Shown here: piece after piece, positions 8,662 through 18,334 of the stretch | Layout of the letters: each line of letters starts with the position of its first letter | How positions within the stretch are numbered: position 1 is the first letter of the stretch | Source of the DNA: an uncultured Armatimonadetes bacterium | Lineage (GTDB): Bacteria > Armatimonadota > UBA5829 > DTJY01 | Direction of reading: 5' to 3' | Assembly (NCBI GenBank): GCA_963717145.1 | Contig: OY970325.1 | Span: 1,920,001 to 1,984,000 of the forward strand | Length of the DNA: 64,000 bases | Program-made: the position numbers and the translations under genes | The notes under the pieces: model-generated | The model's input: only the letters and a program-made list of their open reading frames with translations | Told to the model about the DNA's origin: nothing | Databases searched by the model: none

Positions 8662-8963
8662 TCGTGACCTCTTTCGTGGGGAGTCTGGTATAAGGATACA
8701 TTATCGGGCGGAATGATGCAAGGCGTCAGGGAATGGTTAATGGTCGATGGTTCATGGTTCATGGGGGAATGGGAGTGTGGAGACCTGGTATTGTTACCAG
8801 TTCTGCGGTTTTTGCTGGGCTTTGGAAGCTTCATGTGCTATAATATCAGGTAATCATCGGCTTGTGCACAGTGCCGGTAATGGGTGCGGCAGCACGGGCA
8901 GTCGCATCAGACGGCCTCACTGCCGTCATGGTTGGCATCGACTCAACGAAGGAGATGGGGAAC

Positions 8964-9905
8964 ATGGTCTCGCGAACGACGCTGGCTATGGAAGTGGTGG
9001 CGAAGCATTGCCTAGCCATCCTGCTTATCGTGCTTTCGATCGGTTTGCCACTAGATTGTGCTGCCCTGACTACCTCTTTCCGGCAAGGTGACAGCTTTGG
9101 CAGTATCGTGGAAGATACAAGCCTTATTCACGACTGCAGAGATGAGTACTATGGGGGAAACCACACGTACCGGCATGCGACAAAGGAGAACTATGGCTCC
9201 TCTGAGCGTTTATCCGCGGGCTACACTCAGTATCTGATCGATTATGACTCGAACTACTTCTTTACAGAGCAAGTCGCGGTTGGGCTGATCAGGTTTGACC
9301 TGACAAGGATACAGGGTGCCACGGTGCAGTCTGCGAGGCTCTACTTGTACCTGCAGATCCCTTCAGTCCGCATTGATGTACCCGGTTACACACCATGGAC
9401 GGTGGGGGCAAAGGTCGTACCGGCAGTGGATGGGGACTGGGTGGCAGGCACGAGCAACGGTGTGATAGAAGGGGGCGCATCGTCTTACGCGCAGAAGCTT
9501 CAGGGAATACAAGACTGGAGCACACCGGTCCGGGACAATTGGTATTCTTTGCCGGGGGACTCTGCAGTTGGGACCTATACTGGCCAAGTGAATCGGTTCT
9601 ACGACCAGTCCGGCCAACTCAATGAGTACCGGAGGGTCTATCTCGATCTGCCCCCGAGCGCAGTCTCACTATGGGCCAGCGCTCCTGCCAGCAATACCGG
9701 ATTGGCGTTGTACGGACAGGAGAACTCTGTGGTGTCCGGCTCCGTAAACCGCATAGCTTCCTCCAACTCGCCCTACGTGGCGATGCGGCCCACTCTCAGT
9801 GTCACTTATGTGATTACCCCTGAACCTTCTTCGCTCAGCGCGCTCTTGGTGGGAACAGGATTCGCGTTCTTTGCTGTCAGGGCACGACGTCGGAACAGAA
9901 CCTAG
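8964..9905 (+). CDS. PEP-CTERM sorted surface protein with a DNRLRE/CBM96-like domain
   Basis: AGGAG RBS, signal-like N-terminus, NYGS...GLIRFDLT.I.GATVQSARLYLY...RPTLSVTY, C-terminal TPEPSSL + TM + RRRNR. The ORF is open from 8862. Confidence 0.85.
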   Translation: MVSRTTLAMEVVAKHCLAILLIVLSIGLPLDCAALTTSFRQGDSFGSIVEDTSLIHDCRDEYYGGNHTYRHATKENYGSSERLSAGYTQYLIDYDSNYFFTEQVAVGLIRFDLTRIQGATVQSARLYLYLQIPSVRIDVPGYTPWTVGAKVVPAVDGDWVAGTSNGVIEGGASSYAQKLQGIQDWSTPVRDNWYSLPGDSAVGTYTGQVNRFYDQSGQLNEYRRVYLDLPPSAVSLWASAPASNTGLALYGQENSVVSGSVNRIASSNSPYVAMRPTLSVTYVITPEPSSLSALLVGTGFAFFAVRARRRNRT

Positions 9906-9941
9906 ACCCCATGCTGATGAACGGAGAGTGACGTCCTCGCT

Positions 9942-12251
9942 TCACAGTGATACGCTCTCAAGCGTCAGACGTTCCGGTCTGCGGGTCTTCTCGAAGCGCA
10001 AGAACACTCCACCATAGGCACCGAGGGATAGATCAATGCTGTCCCCTGAGGGGAGTGGCGACATCTTGCCGGTCGCGGGATTCCAGAGCTCACCCTTGCC
10101 GGCGCGGATGCTCACTGTGCCGGTCCAGGGAGTGGCGCTGTCGTTGATGATGAAGAAGACGTCGTGGCCGTCGATCCGGCGGTGGGTCGAATGGAGCGGC
10201 GACTTGGGATCGGATAGCCTGACATCAGGCTCTATGATGGAGTCGAGACTCGAGGCCAGGAGGTCGATCTTGTCCTGCGGGAGGTAGACCCCGGCCCCAC
10301 CGGCTGAGTTAGCCATCACACGAGCGCCCTTCGACTCGCCGAATATCTCCTTCGCAAACGCCTGCACTCGGGCCGATGGGAACTCGGACTCGCTGTTCAT
10401 CGGCAACGCGTCAACCGAGATCACGACGCCGCCGGTCTTAGCGAACTCCGCGAGCCTCTCCCACGCCTTCATCGGAAGTGTGTCGGCGCACGGGAGGATC
10501 ACGACTCGCCACCGGAGCTTGCCGAGTTCGAGCGCCCCACCCTTCACCTTCGCCTCGATGAGCGCCTGGCCATCGATATAGGTGAAGTCACGCTTCGCCT
10601 TCCAGAGGCTCGCGCTCACCTTCTGGTAGATGTCGGCGACGAGATTGGCATCGGGGGCATCCGTAGCCCACTTGCTCGCGATCGTGAAGCGGGGCCAGAT
10701 GCTCTCGCTCGGATAGAGGACCGCGATATCGGCGACCTGATGGCCGCCCCTGAGCATCGTGTTGCAGCGCCCGATGTGCTCGTTAAGCCGGACGAGTTGC
10801 TCCTGGGAGAGACCGTCGAAGGAGTAGTAGCTCGTCTGAACGTTGATACCATTGAGAGCCAGCTTGCTGAGCGTTCCCCTGATCTCATCCTCGGTGACGA
10901 CTCGCACGGGCCGAGTGTCACCCGCCGGTCGGTATCGCTGGACGTGATCGGAGGTCTCGGACATCGTCCATTGCGTCTTGCCCTCGAGTTCCCCGGCGCT
11001 TGAGAGCAGTCGGGCGACGAACCAGGGGACCTCGGCGGGGATGCTCGTCAGGCAGTCGATGCTCGGGGCGTCGAGCCGTCGGATGCATCGGAAGAAGTCG
11101 CCGTAGAGCGGGACGTGCGTGATGATCGGCTCCTCCAAGAGGAGGTGGCCGCCGCTGGGGATGTTGTGCTTGCGTCCCCACTGCTGTATCTGGCCGAAGA
11201 AGTTCTCAGCGGTCAACTCGCCGACCGTCAGCCAGAAGTCGTACCGCGCCTTCCTCCCCTGCTCACCGGCATCGGCCACGAGTGCGGGGATGAGCGGCTC
11301 GATGTCGTATCCCCGGCGCTTCTTGAACTCGACGGGGAGGTTCGGCGACCAGGGCATCACTCGATACGGCATCTGGTTGAAGAAGAGGCTCATGAGCGAC
11401 GGCTCGTCGGTGAATGTGGCAGTGAAGTACTTCCCGAGGTCGCTGCCGAGGTGCTTCGCATAAGCGTCATGCGTGACCTCGATAAACTTCGCGGTCGGCT
11501 CGGGCATCAGGAGGTTGACGTAATGCGCCTTATCCGCGAGGCTGATCGCCGAGTGCGTGCCTTCATAGAGCGCGTCCTCGGTGATCGCCATGACGTGCCA
11601 CTTGCCGCCGGGCGACTTCCACGTGGCCTTGTCCCCGCTGACGTCGATCGTGGTCGGCTTGTCGAGTTGGAGGACGCCGCCGACAACGGGATATGCCACC
11701 GCTGAATGAAGCTTCCCCGGAGGAAGGTCGAGGGTCACCTCGCTTTCAGTCACGGCGTCCGCGATCAGGAGTCCACGGGCCTCCCATTCGTGATGATCGC
11801 GGAGAGTTATTCCCCCTGCAGACCCGGATGGATAGCCCTTCTCGTCATAGAGCCAGAGAGCCATGCCGGCTTCCTTCGCCGCCTTGACCGCTCGGACGTA
11901 CGACTGCCACTTCTGCTCGTTCTCGACGTAGCCGTCGAAGGAGACGTTGCACGCCATCCCGCCGAAGCCCTGCTCGATCAGAGAGGCGATAAGCTGGTCC
12001 TGGGCCGCCGGGTCATCCGGCATGTGGTGGACGATCTTGAGGATGCGCGAATCCGCAGGGGGATTCGCGAACCGCTCGGCGAGTGGTCGATCTGACTGTG
12101 GCAGTTTCATCGTCGCCTCCGTTGTTCCAGAACTAACCGCCAAGACGCCAAGAACGCCAAGAGCAGACTCTGGTAGTTGCATCATTCCCTCTGTTGTGGC
12201 GGCGCAAAGCATGATCGCCAGCGCCGCAACGATTGTGATTGTATTCCTCAT
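9942..12251 (-). CDS. Secreted glycoside hydrolase, GH106 alpha-L-rhamnosidase-like
   Basis: Signal peptide; GFGG, WLYDEKGYPSGSAGG, FTDEPSL, EFKKRRGYD, GHLLLEE, ADIAVLYP, ELWNPATG. Confidence 0.75.
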   Translation of the reverse strand: MRNTITIVAALAIMLCAATTEGMMQLPESALGVLGVLAVSSGTTEATMKLPQSDRPLAERFANPPADSRILKIVHHMPDDPAAQDQLIASLIEQGFGGMACNVSFDGYVENEQKWQSYVRAVKAAKEAGMALWLYDEKGYPSGSAGGITLRDHHEWEARGLLIADAVTESEVTLDLPPGKLHSAVAYPVVGGVLQLDKPTTIDVSGDKATWKSPGGKWHVMAITEDALYEGTHSAISLADKAHYVNLLMPEPTAKFIEVTHDAYAKHLGSDLGKYFTATFTDEPSLMSLFFNQMPYRVMPWSPNLPVEFKKRRGYDIEPLIPALVADAGEQGRKARYDFWLTVGELTAENFFGQIQQWGRKHNIPSGGHLLLEEPIITHVPLYGDFFRCIRRLDAPSIDCLTSIPAEVPWFVARLLSSAGELEGKTQWTMSETSDHVQRYRPAGDTRPVRVVTEDEIRGTLSKLALNGINVQTSYYSFDGLSQEQLVRLNEHIGRCNTMLRGGHQVADIAVLYPSESIWPRFTIASKWATDAPDANLVADIYQKVSASLWKAKRDFTYIDGQALIEAKVKGGALELGKLRWRVVILPCADTLPMKAWERLAEFAKTGGVVISVDALPMNSESEFPSARVQAFAKEIFGESKGARVMANSAGGAGVYLPQDKIDLLASSLDSIIEPDVRLSDPKSPLHSTHRRIDGHDVFFIINDSATPWTGTVSIRAGKGELWNPATGKMSPLPSGDSIDLSLGAYGGVFLRFEKTRRPERLTLESVSL

Positions 12252-12273
12252 AGGTTTCTCCCTCAGCAAGGTA

Positions 12274-12552
12274 CCGTCTAGTCCTGAGTAGTCCTGATGA
12301 ATGGCAAGACGTAACGAAGGACGGTCGGGCCTGCACTAAGGTTGGTGCTCCGTAGGCCGCCCTTCGTTACATGCCGTCATTCACCGGCACACTCAGGGCT
12401 GACGGGCTTTCTCTGTGTCCTCTGTGCCTCTGTGGTTGAATGGCCGCCCTTCGTTACATGCCGTCATTCACCAGCACACTCAGGGCTAACGGGTTTTCAC
12501 TCCCATACTCCCATTCTCCATTCTGACTTCTGACTCCTGACTGCTGACTCCT
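12274..12552. repeat. Composite REP cluster: one inverted and two direct 52-bp copies, a CTCTGTG tract, and octamer/heptamer tracts
   Basis: ggccgcccttcgttacatgccgtcattcaccggcacactcagggctgacggg at 12355-12406 and 12442-12493 (2 mismatches); inverted, degenerate copy at about 12274-12323. Confidence 0.85.
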
Positions 12553-12553
12553 C

Positions 12554-14659
12554 CTACTGCATAAAACTATACGTCGGCACGTGGAGAATCCAGCCTACGA
12601 CCGGCCAGAGACACCCGACGATGAAATCCCCCAGCAGCAGGCCGATGAAGAAGTCCATAACGATCCGGTACATCTTCATCCCGCCGTAACGGAGCGAGAG
12701 GAGCTTCGCCAGCCACGCGATGAACATCGGCAGCCAGAGCGTGCCGATCGAGTAGCTCGTCGAGATCGCGAACCCTAAGGGATGGAACGGCCACCAGCCG
12801 GCCCGGAGCTTCATGAAGTAAAGAAGATACGCAAACGCCATCCCCCACCCGATCGCCAGTGTCGCGGGGATATCGGCCTTCTGCGGGTTCACCAGCCAAT
12901 TGTTCAGCCGGCTGACGTATGCCTCCGCGCCAAAGTACGGAACGTGCCCCGCCATCCCGACCGACGCGCCGCGCGTGTATCCGAAGTGGAGGAAGATCCA
13001 GAACCCGCTGATCACCGCCACGACCGACGCCACCCCGATCGCGATGCCCATGTACCTCTGCGGAGTCCCCGTTCGGTCCGCCAGCTTTAGCCCATCGAGC
13101 TGGTAGGCGATCGGGATGCTCCGGTACGCGCGGTTGAACCAGAATACCCAGCTCATGCCGGTGAGCTGTCCCGGCGTGAATGCCGCGCCCCCGAATGCGC
13201 CGAGGAGTATGATGTCAGGGTCCATCCAGTGAAGATCGTGGGCCGGCGGTCCGAACTCGGCGTGCATCTTGGCGATCGCGAGCGCGAGGAAGAAGTACAT
13301 GAGGACCACCGCGATGCCGATGTACCAGCCCATGCCGATCATCTGGAAGAACCAGGCGATCGCGATCATGCCGAGTATCGCCCCAAGGAAGGCGGTCCGA
13401 TACGGCATCGGGCCGTTTGCCTCGTCGGGATCGTGCAGGCCGCGAAATGCTGCCCGGTAGACCTTCGTCAGATGCTTGCGTCCCGACCAAAGCGCGAATA
13501 CGGCGATGAGGTAGTATGCCCCGAGCGCCTGCTGGTTCATGAACGGGAAGGTCGGAGTCGCCTCGTACACGCCATACATGTCGCCGAATATGCGGACGAC
13601 CCGCCACATGACGTAGAAGAACCAGCACGAGAAGAGCATGTCCAAAGGCAGAAGGAAGCTCAGCCCGATGCCGTAGGGATAGAAGGAGACGGGAGTCCAG
13701 CCGATCGCGCTCCATGGGCGGCTGGGCATGAACGGCTGGATGTCCCACATCTTGACGGGGATGACCGGAAGCGAGGGATAGAAAAGCTGCATGCCGTTCA
13801 GGATCGAGATACCCGCCGCGATGGAGAATCCGATCCACATGAGCCGGCTGCGGAAGAGCCTGTGGCCCGGCTCGGTGATCTGCATCGGCAGTTCGACTAT
13901 CGGGAAGAGCAGCTTCTCGTTGCGTATCCATTGCTGGCGAACGATCGTGTTGATGCAGAACATGACTCCCATCATCGTGAGCATGACGGCCGACCAGACG
14001 CCGACCGGTATCAGCCAGTGGCGGATGATCTCCCAGGAGTACATCGAGCTGTGGCCCTCCTACCAGCCCTTCACGACCTCCGGGTCGCTCACGGATATCC
14101 AGCTCGGGATGTGTGGAAGCATGATCTGCGCCCAGCGGTTCTCCGGCGTGGCGAATCGGAATGGGTAGGTGATCATCGGCATGAGGACATCCATGTAGTC
14201 GATGCTCACGATGGCGGTCGAGATGGTGAGCATGACGTAGATGACGAGCAGCTCCCCGCGCTCCAAGGCGTATGCTCCTCCTCCCCCCAACCTCCGGACC
14301 CTCACCCCCGACCCCTCTCCCTCAGAAGGGCGAGGGGGGTGGTCCTCCGATCTCAGCTCCCCTCGCCCTTCTGAGGGAGAGGGGTCGGGGGTGAGGGTCC
14401 GGGGTGCAAGCCATCGCGCTGCAATGCGTCCGATCAGGCCGTTGAGGACGGTCAGGACGATCAGGAAGAGGATCGTGTTCGCGAAGAGCGAGATCGTGGA
14501 CGGATACGGACCGGCCCCGCCGCCGGTCACGTTCCGGAAGCCGACCTCCATGTAGAGCAGGAAGTAGACGTTCACCGGCACGAGGATCATCCCGAGGATG
14601 ATGGCCCGGTACCGGCGCAGGAAGCCCATCCGCTCGCCCTCACGAACACCGCTCTCCAT
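12554..14659 (-). pseudogene. DUF6785/DUF6784-like polytopic membrane protein (putative transporter) interrupted by an in-frame TAG
   Basis: ORFs 14060-14659 and 12554-14044 are in the same frame, separated by a single TAG (KGW*EGHSSMY); motifs ELLVIYVML, QWIRNEKLLFPI, WWPFHPLGF, FFIGLLLGDF. Confidence 0.75.
14291..14404. repeat. Palindromic REP-like element inserted in frame within a CDS
   Basis: About 46-bp arms ccggaccctcacccccgacccctctccctcagaagggcgagggg and its reverse complement; encodes PRTLTPDPSPSEGRGELRSEDHPPRPSEGEGSGVRVR. Confidence 0.9.
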
Positions 14660-14666
14660 ACGAGCG

Positions 14667-14696
14667 AGTATACCGGTCGGGCCGCCGGTCGGTCAA
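14667..14696 (-). promoter_or_regulatory. Sigma70-type promoter; the ATG at 14659 may be leaderless
   Basis: TTGACC-18 bp-TATACT, ending 7 nt before the ATG. Confidence 0.55.
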
Positions 14697-14712
14697 GATG
14701 AGGACGCCCCGC

Positions 14713-14782
14713 GCTGTCATTCTGAGCGAAGCGAAGAATCTCGCCTTCCGAACAGATCATTTGCTCCGCTCAGAATGACAGC
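14713..14782. repeat. Palindromic REP-like element (GTCATTCTGAGCG family)
   Basis: gctgtcattctgagcgaagcgaagaatct...agatcatttgctccgctcagaatgacagc. Confidence 0.85.
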
Positions 14783-14928
14783 CGGGGAGGTCTGTCAACA
14801 GGTAAATTTACCAGTTTTTCGCAGATTCGTGGACGAGTTGCTTTTTTGGCTGTATAATGCTTGTAGTTCGATCAGCTTTGTGCGAGGTTTCACACACTCG
14901 CCAGCGAGATCGCACCAAGGAGAAAGAG

Positions 14929-15621
14929 ATGAAGAGAGCCATTCCAGTACTTCTTGCCGTATTCATGCTTGCGACAGCCACAGTATCTGCAGACCAGACC
15001 AGTTGGCGCGTGCTCATGAAGGCCGACAACGGCGCCGGCGGATACGCCGGCCCAGGCGCCTATGTCGGCGTCTATCCGACTTCCCTGGAAGGCCTGGACG
15101 CTGAAGACCATCCACCGTATTCAGGCTTCTTCGTGGATACGCCGGGAAATCAGGTGCATCTGGTTACGCTTGTTCCTGGTGATGGCGTAACTTCGCACAA
15201 CATAAAGGCGCCTACTCTTCCTGTACCTGAGAAAACGTGGGACCTTTATGTCGGAGCCAACGTAGACTACCAGTTCCCAACAATCGGTTTGCGTGCGTAT
15301 GCCGTCACTGCCAGGCAAACCCCCACTTTTGACGGCATCCCTGTCTCATACTATGTGAGGATGGCAGACAACAAGGGCGTCACCGGCGCACCCGCAAACG
15401 GCACCATGTGGGAACTTCCCATGCCCACCACTAACGGTCAGTTCTGGACGTCGCCAGTCAACCTACCGGTCATAAAGCTGTCGGCAGGTAGCAATGCGGC
15501 ACTGCTCGCAGAAGGTTATAAGCTGCAGTTCGTGCAGAAGGCCGTCCCCGAGCCGAGTGGACTGCTCGCACTCGGCGGGTGTCTTGTCGGCCTTGCAAGT
15601 TTTTTCCGGCGGCGCAAATAG
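14929..15621 (+). CDS. PEP-CTERM sorted surface protein
   Basis: AAGGAG RBS, signal peptide MKRAIPVLLAVFMLATATVSA, C-terminal VPEPSGLLAL + TM + RRRK. Confidence 0.9.
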   Translation: MKRAIPVLLAVFMLATATVSADQTSWRVLMKADNGAGGYAGPGAYVGVYPTSLEGLDAEDHPPYSGFFVDTPGNQVHLVTLVPGDGVTSHNIKAPTLPVPEKTWDLYVGANVDYQFPTIGLRAYAVTARQTPTFDGIPVSYYVRMADNKGVTGAPANGTMWELPMPTTNGQFWTSPVNLPVIKLSAGSNAALLAEGYKLQFVQKAVPEPSGLLALGGCLVGLASFFRRRK

Positions 15622-15742
15622 TTGTTTACCGGATATCGCACCTCAGGCGATAAAGAATACTGAGGGCGCGGGGTTGTGCGCTCGCAGAATTGTGGTATAA
15701 TCGAGTCAGCAATACCAAATCCAGCCGAAAGGAGGCAGTGCA

Positions 15743-15875
15743 GTGAGATACAGAGTCTACATTTACCGAAGAAGTGAAGTACATTGCCCGCCTCGTTTCG
15801 GCTCGTCTGGATGACAATCGGGTTCTCTTTCTGAGACCACTTCGGGCCGCGGGCAATGAGTCTGTGGCCCGTTTT
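15743..15875 (+). promoter_or_regulatory. Leader ORF (MRYRVYIYRRSEVHCPPRFGSSG, 15743-15814) plus terminator-like hairpin upstream of the ECF sigma gene
   Basis: TGGTATAAT near 15693-15701; AAGGAGG RBS; hairpin cgggccgcgggc/gtctgtggcccg followed by TTTT. Confidence 0.45.
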
Positions 15876-15898
15876 GCGTTTCCAGGAGAGAAGAACCG

Positions 15899-16408
15899 AT
15901 GAATTGCTGTATACAAAGTGCGAGAGATGGCGACCAGACCGCCAGAGAAGACCTGGTGGACAGACTTCGCCCTCGAATAGCGAGCATGGCCGGACACTAC
16001 GCGAGATGCACCGGCGAAGACCCTGATGACCTGCTTCAGGAAGCATGGGTCGGCCTGCTCGAAGCGCTCCCCGAACTGAACATGCACATCGGCAGCCCGG
16101 AGCAGTACCTCATCCGGCATGCCCGCTGGCGTCTGCTCGATGCGGTCAAGCACGCCCGAATCCGGCGATGTCTGCCGCTGGAGGACCAGGCGGGCGACGA
16201 CATCCCCCACCCCGAATCCGCGGTCGAGTCCGCGTTCGTCTCCGAATTCGCCGGACGCCTGAAGGAATCCCAGCGCGCGGTGCTCGGATGCCTGCTCGAC
16301 GGCCTGACGTGGCGGGAGGCCGGTCGCGCGCTCGGATGCACGTCGGCGAACGTGGCGTATCACGTGCGCCAGATCAAGCGGCGGTATGAGGAATGGACTG
16401 GGGAGTAG
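15899..16408 (+). CDS. ECF-family sigma-70 factor
   Basis: AGGAG RBS; region 2 (DPDDLLQEAWVGLLEAL) and region 4 HTH (GLTWREAGRALGCTSANV). Confidence 0.88.
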   Translation: MNCCIQSARDGDQTAREDLVDRLRPRIASMAGHYARCTGEDPDDLLQEAWVGLLEALPELNMHIGSPEQYLIRHARWRLLDAVKHARIRRCLPLEDQAGDDIPHPESAVESAFVSEFAGRLKESQRAVLGCLLDGLTWREAGRALGCTSANVAYHVRQIKRRYEEWTGE

Positions 16409-16410
16409 GC

Positions 16411-16503
16411 GAGTATGGGAGTGTGGGAGTATGGGAGACCGGAATCCGGCACCCCCAGACTTCCATACTCCCGTACCCCCACACTCCCACACTCCCATAC
16501 TCC
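16411..16503. repeat. Inverted octamer repeats (GGGAGTRT / CCATACTC)
   Basis: gagtatgggagtgtgggagtatggga ... tccatactcccgtacccccacactcccacactcccatactc. Confidence 0.8.
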
Positions 16504-16583
16504 TTTACCACCCGCCTCCGCCCGCTCTACACAGTTCATGGAGGCATGCAACGAAATCTTGCCTCCAGAAGGAGGTGGGTGAT

Positions 16584-16628
16584 ATGTGGGTCTATGAATC
16601 ACCCGCCCCCGGAGCAGGGCGCCGGTAG
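16584..16628 (+). CDS. Possible 14-aa peptide MWVYESPAPGAGRR
   Basis: Perfect AAGGAGGTG SD; followed by the cUUCGg-loop hairpin ccgccgggac-ttcg-gtcccggcgg (16652-16675). Confidence 0.4.
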   Translation: MWVYESPAPGAGRR

Positions 16629-16752
16629 TCCCGTACCGGGAATTGCTCCCGCCGCCGGGACTTCGGTCCCGGCGGTCATTCTATCAAGAATGAATGGCGT
16701 TAAGTCATGCCGAACTCTCCTGTAACGAACCATTGGCAGGAGGAGCAAATCG

Positions 16753-17892
16753 GTGATGACACGACGCAACATTTGGATCGGGCTGCTGCTTGCTGTCTGG
16801 CTGACGGCCGGATCAGCGGCGGCACAATCGGACCGGACCTATCCCGAGGTGGGACCCGGTCTCACTTATGTCCATGAGCGGATCGGGGACGTACCCTGGG
16901 CGATCCACATCCTCAAGATAGATCGGCAGGAGGATTTCCGACTCATATCGAGCCTGGCGCAGGGCACTATCTACGGACTCGCCGGGATCAGCAAGCACGT
17001 GGGCGCTGTGCCCTCAGAACTCGGGACGCCGGTTGCCGCGATCAACGGCGACTTCTACCGGATAGCTTCGGGTCCCTATCAGGGCGACCCGAGCGGCCTG
17101 CAGATCGTGCAGGGAGAACTGGTGAGCGCTCCAATAGGTCCGAGCTTCTGGATAGACGCGCGGGGCAAGCCGCAGATCGGCGATGTCCAGCCGCAGATGA
17201 AGGTCACATGGCCGGACGACAGCACGACTCCGATCGGGCTGAACGAGGAGCGCAAGGACGATGCGGCCGTCCTCTACACGCCGATACTCGGGGCGTCGAC
17301 TCGAACCAAGGGCGGGCGGGAGATGGTCCTGGAACGCGTTGCCGGCGAACCGTGGCTGCCGGTCCGTCCCGGTCTGACATACAGCGCCCGTGTGCGTGAG
17401 GTGAAGGACAATGGCGATACGTCGCTGTCGCCGGACACCATGATTCTGTCCGTCGGGCCGAATCTCGTGAACGCGCCGGCCGTTACGGTAGGCGACGTGC
17501 TCCGGATCACGATGGCGACATCACCCGACCTGACCGGAGTGGATGTGGCGATCGGCGGCCATCCGATCCTGGTCGCCGATGGTAAACGAGTTCCGTTCGG
17601 CCCAGGCGATCCCCGTCACCCGCGCACGATAATCGGCTGGAACTCGCGCTATCTGTACTTCGTGGTTGTGGATGGCAGGCGGAGTGACCTCTCCGCTGGG
17701 ATGACGAATGCGGAGATGGCGTCGCTCATGCGACGACTCGCATGCACCGACGCGATGAACCTCGACGGCGGAGGGTCATCTACCTTCTGGCTCGGCGGTC
17801 GAGTGATGAACGTCCCTTCCGACGGTCGCGAGCGAGGGATCGCCAACTCCCTGATCCTGCTGCGCAAACCGGCAGCTCCCGCGGTCAACTAA
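16753..17892 (+). CDS. Phosphodiester glycosidase (NAGPA-like) family secreted protein
   Basis: Signal peptide; AAINGDFY, RHPRTIIG, VVVDGR, AMNLDGGGSS, SDGRERGIANSL. Confidence 0.92.
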   Translation: MMTRRNIWIGLLLAVWLTAGSAAAQSDRTYPEVGPGLTYVHERIGDVPWAIHILKIDRQEDFRLISSLAQGTIYGLAGISKHVGAVPSELGTPVAAINGDFYRIASGPYQGDPSGLQIVQGELVSAPIGPSFWIDARGKPQIGDVQPQMKVTWPDDSTTPIGLNEERKDDAAVLYTPILGASTRTKGGREMVLERVAGEPWLPVRPGLTYSARVREVKDNGDTSLSPDTMILSVGPNLVNAPAVTVGDVLRITMATSPDLTGVDVAIGGHPILVADGKRVPFGPGDPRHPRTIIGWNSRYLYFVVVDGRRSDLSAGMTNAEMASLMRRLACTDAMNLDGGGSSTFWLGGRVMNVPSDGRERGIANSLILLRKPAAPAVN

Positions 17893-17894
17893 CT

Positions 17895-17996
17895 ACGATG
17901 CTTCGGTAGCAGAGGCCTGGCGGCGCTGCCGAAGCATCGGACGGTAAGACATGATGCTTCGGCAGCGCCGCCAGGCCTCTGCTACCGAAGCATCGT
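17895..17996. repeat. REP-doublet (REPIN-like), family A, second copy
   Basis: Perfect 44-bp inverted arms at 17895-17938 and 17953-17996. Confidence 0.9.
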
Positions 17997-18029
17997 CCTC
18001 GAGTTCGCTCGGGCATCAGGAAACATGGG

Positions 18030-18288
18030 TTGACATAATGTCCGGCGATAAAGTATACTACCCCAACACAGCGCTTGCATGGCGTTGTGACTCTGCGAAA
18101 GGGGGACGAGACATGGCACGCAATCAGCATCAGCGCTGCAATAGTATGCAGCAGGCAAACGCACGTCCCCCGGTGGTCGTAGAGTAGCTCACCGATCTCA
18201 GTTTCGCGATTCAGAGGCCGCTCCACTACCGGGAGCGGCCTCTTTGTTTTTCATGGAGGCCGTGGGAGAGTTCCCTCGGCCTCTTTTT
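18030..18288 (+). promoter_or_regulatory. Promoter, leader peptide ending PPVVVE, attenuator-like terminator and a second terminator
   Basis: TTGACA-18-TATACT; ORF 18113-18187 with an AAGGGGG SD; terminator agaggccgctcc/ggagcggcctct-TTGTTTTT (18213-18251); second hairpin with T5 (18256-18288). Confidence 0.6.
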
Positions 18289-18334
18289 CGTTAGGATTGA
18301 ACTTTTCGGCCCCCGAAAAGCGTCAACTATATGT

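Noticed and set aside
12355-12493. Two 52-bp direct repeats with a 35-bp spacer as a CRISPR array
   Set aside because: Only two copies; the spacer is itself a repeat tract; inverted and dispersed copies exist; no cas genes.
14060-14062. Amber recoding or pyrrolysine
   Set aside because: Many intact genes here end in TAG, the IS66 also has an internal TAA, and there are no pyl genes in the window.
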